This document shows, in pieces, positions 63,881-64,000 of a stretch of 64,000 nucleotides of DNA. Below the pieces are notes generated by a model. It ran no database searches and was not told the origin of the DNA. It was given only the letters and a program-made list of their open reading frames with translations. How positions within the stretch are numbered: the stretch's first letter is position 1; each line of letters starts with the position of its first letter. Location of the stretch: positions 24,058,001 to 24,122,000 of the forward strand of contig NC_087251.1 of assembly GCF_037042905.1 (NCBI RefSeq). Reading direction: 5' to 3'. The translations under genes and the position numbers were made by a program. Origin of the DNA: Lytechinus pictus. Taxonomy: Eukaryota.

Positions 63881-64000
63881 CTGGTGAGTTTACTCACTAA
63901 GTGATTTAGTAAGATTTAATTATATAACCATGATATTTCTCATCTTTCATCGATAGAGTTAGCCCTGAACCAAATCTCTATTTACTCACATACAACACGT

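Overview
This is AT-rich, intron-containing animal genomic DNA, not a prokaryotic locus. The repeat landscape (Deu/Nin- and Meta-like tRNA SINEs, Kolobok/Harbinger/hAT/Helentron-type MITEs) suggests an invertebrate deuterostome such as a sea urchin; this is inferred, not verified. Most of the window is the 3' part of one + strand alpha-neurexin gene. Thirteen core exons (2350-54236) have canonical AG/GT boundaries and consistent phases and splice into 3576 nt (1191 aa + stop). They encode the end of LNS2, LNS3, EGF2, LNS4, LNS5, EGF3, LNS6, the stalk with Cys-loops, the TM helix, a 4.1-binding motif and the PDZ ligand KEWYV. The 5' exons lie upstream of the window. The main hunt result is a set of frame-preserving, phase-matched candidate microexons (12-39 nt) hidden in the large introns, mostly outside vertebrate splice sites SS1-SS6. 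They would add a polybasic/furin-like motif, an N-glycosylation sequon, and acidic or Pro-rich linkers. Other observations: a stem-masked, stop-containing acceptor cluster after EGF2; a KRKRRRR loop in LNS6; two HS/Cys-loop modules; paired Cys loss in LNS2; a PPxY motif next to the PDZ ligand; and two tRNA-Leu PBS relics. Vertebrate comparisons are from recalled sequence, not a run alignment, and no microexon has transcript support here.
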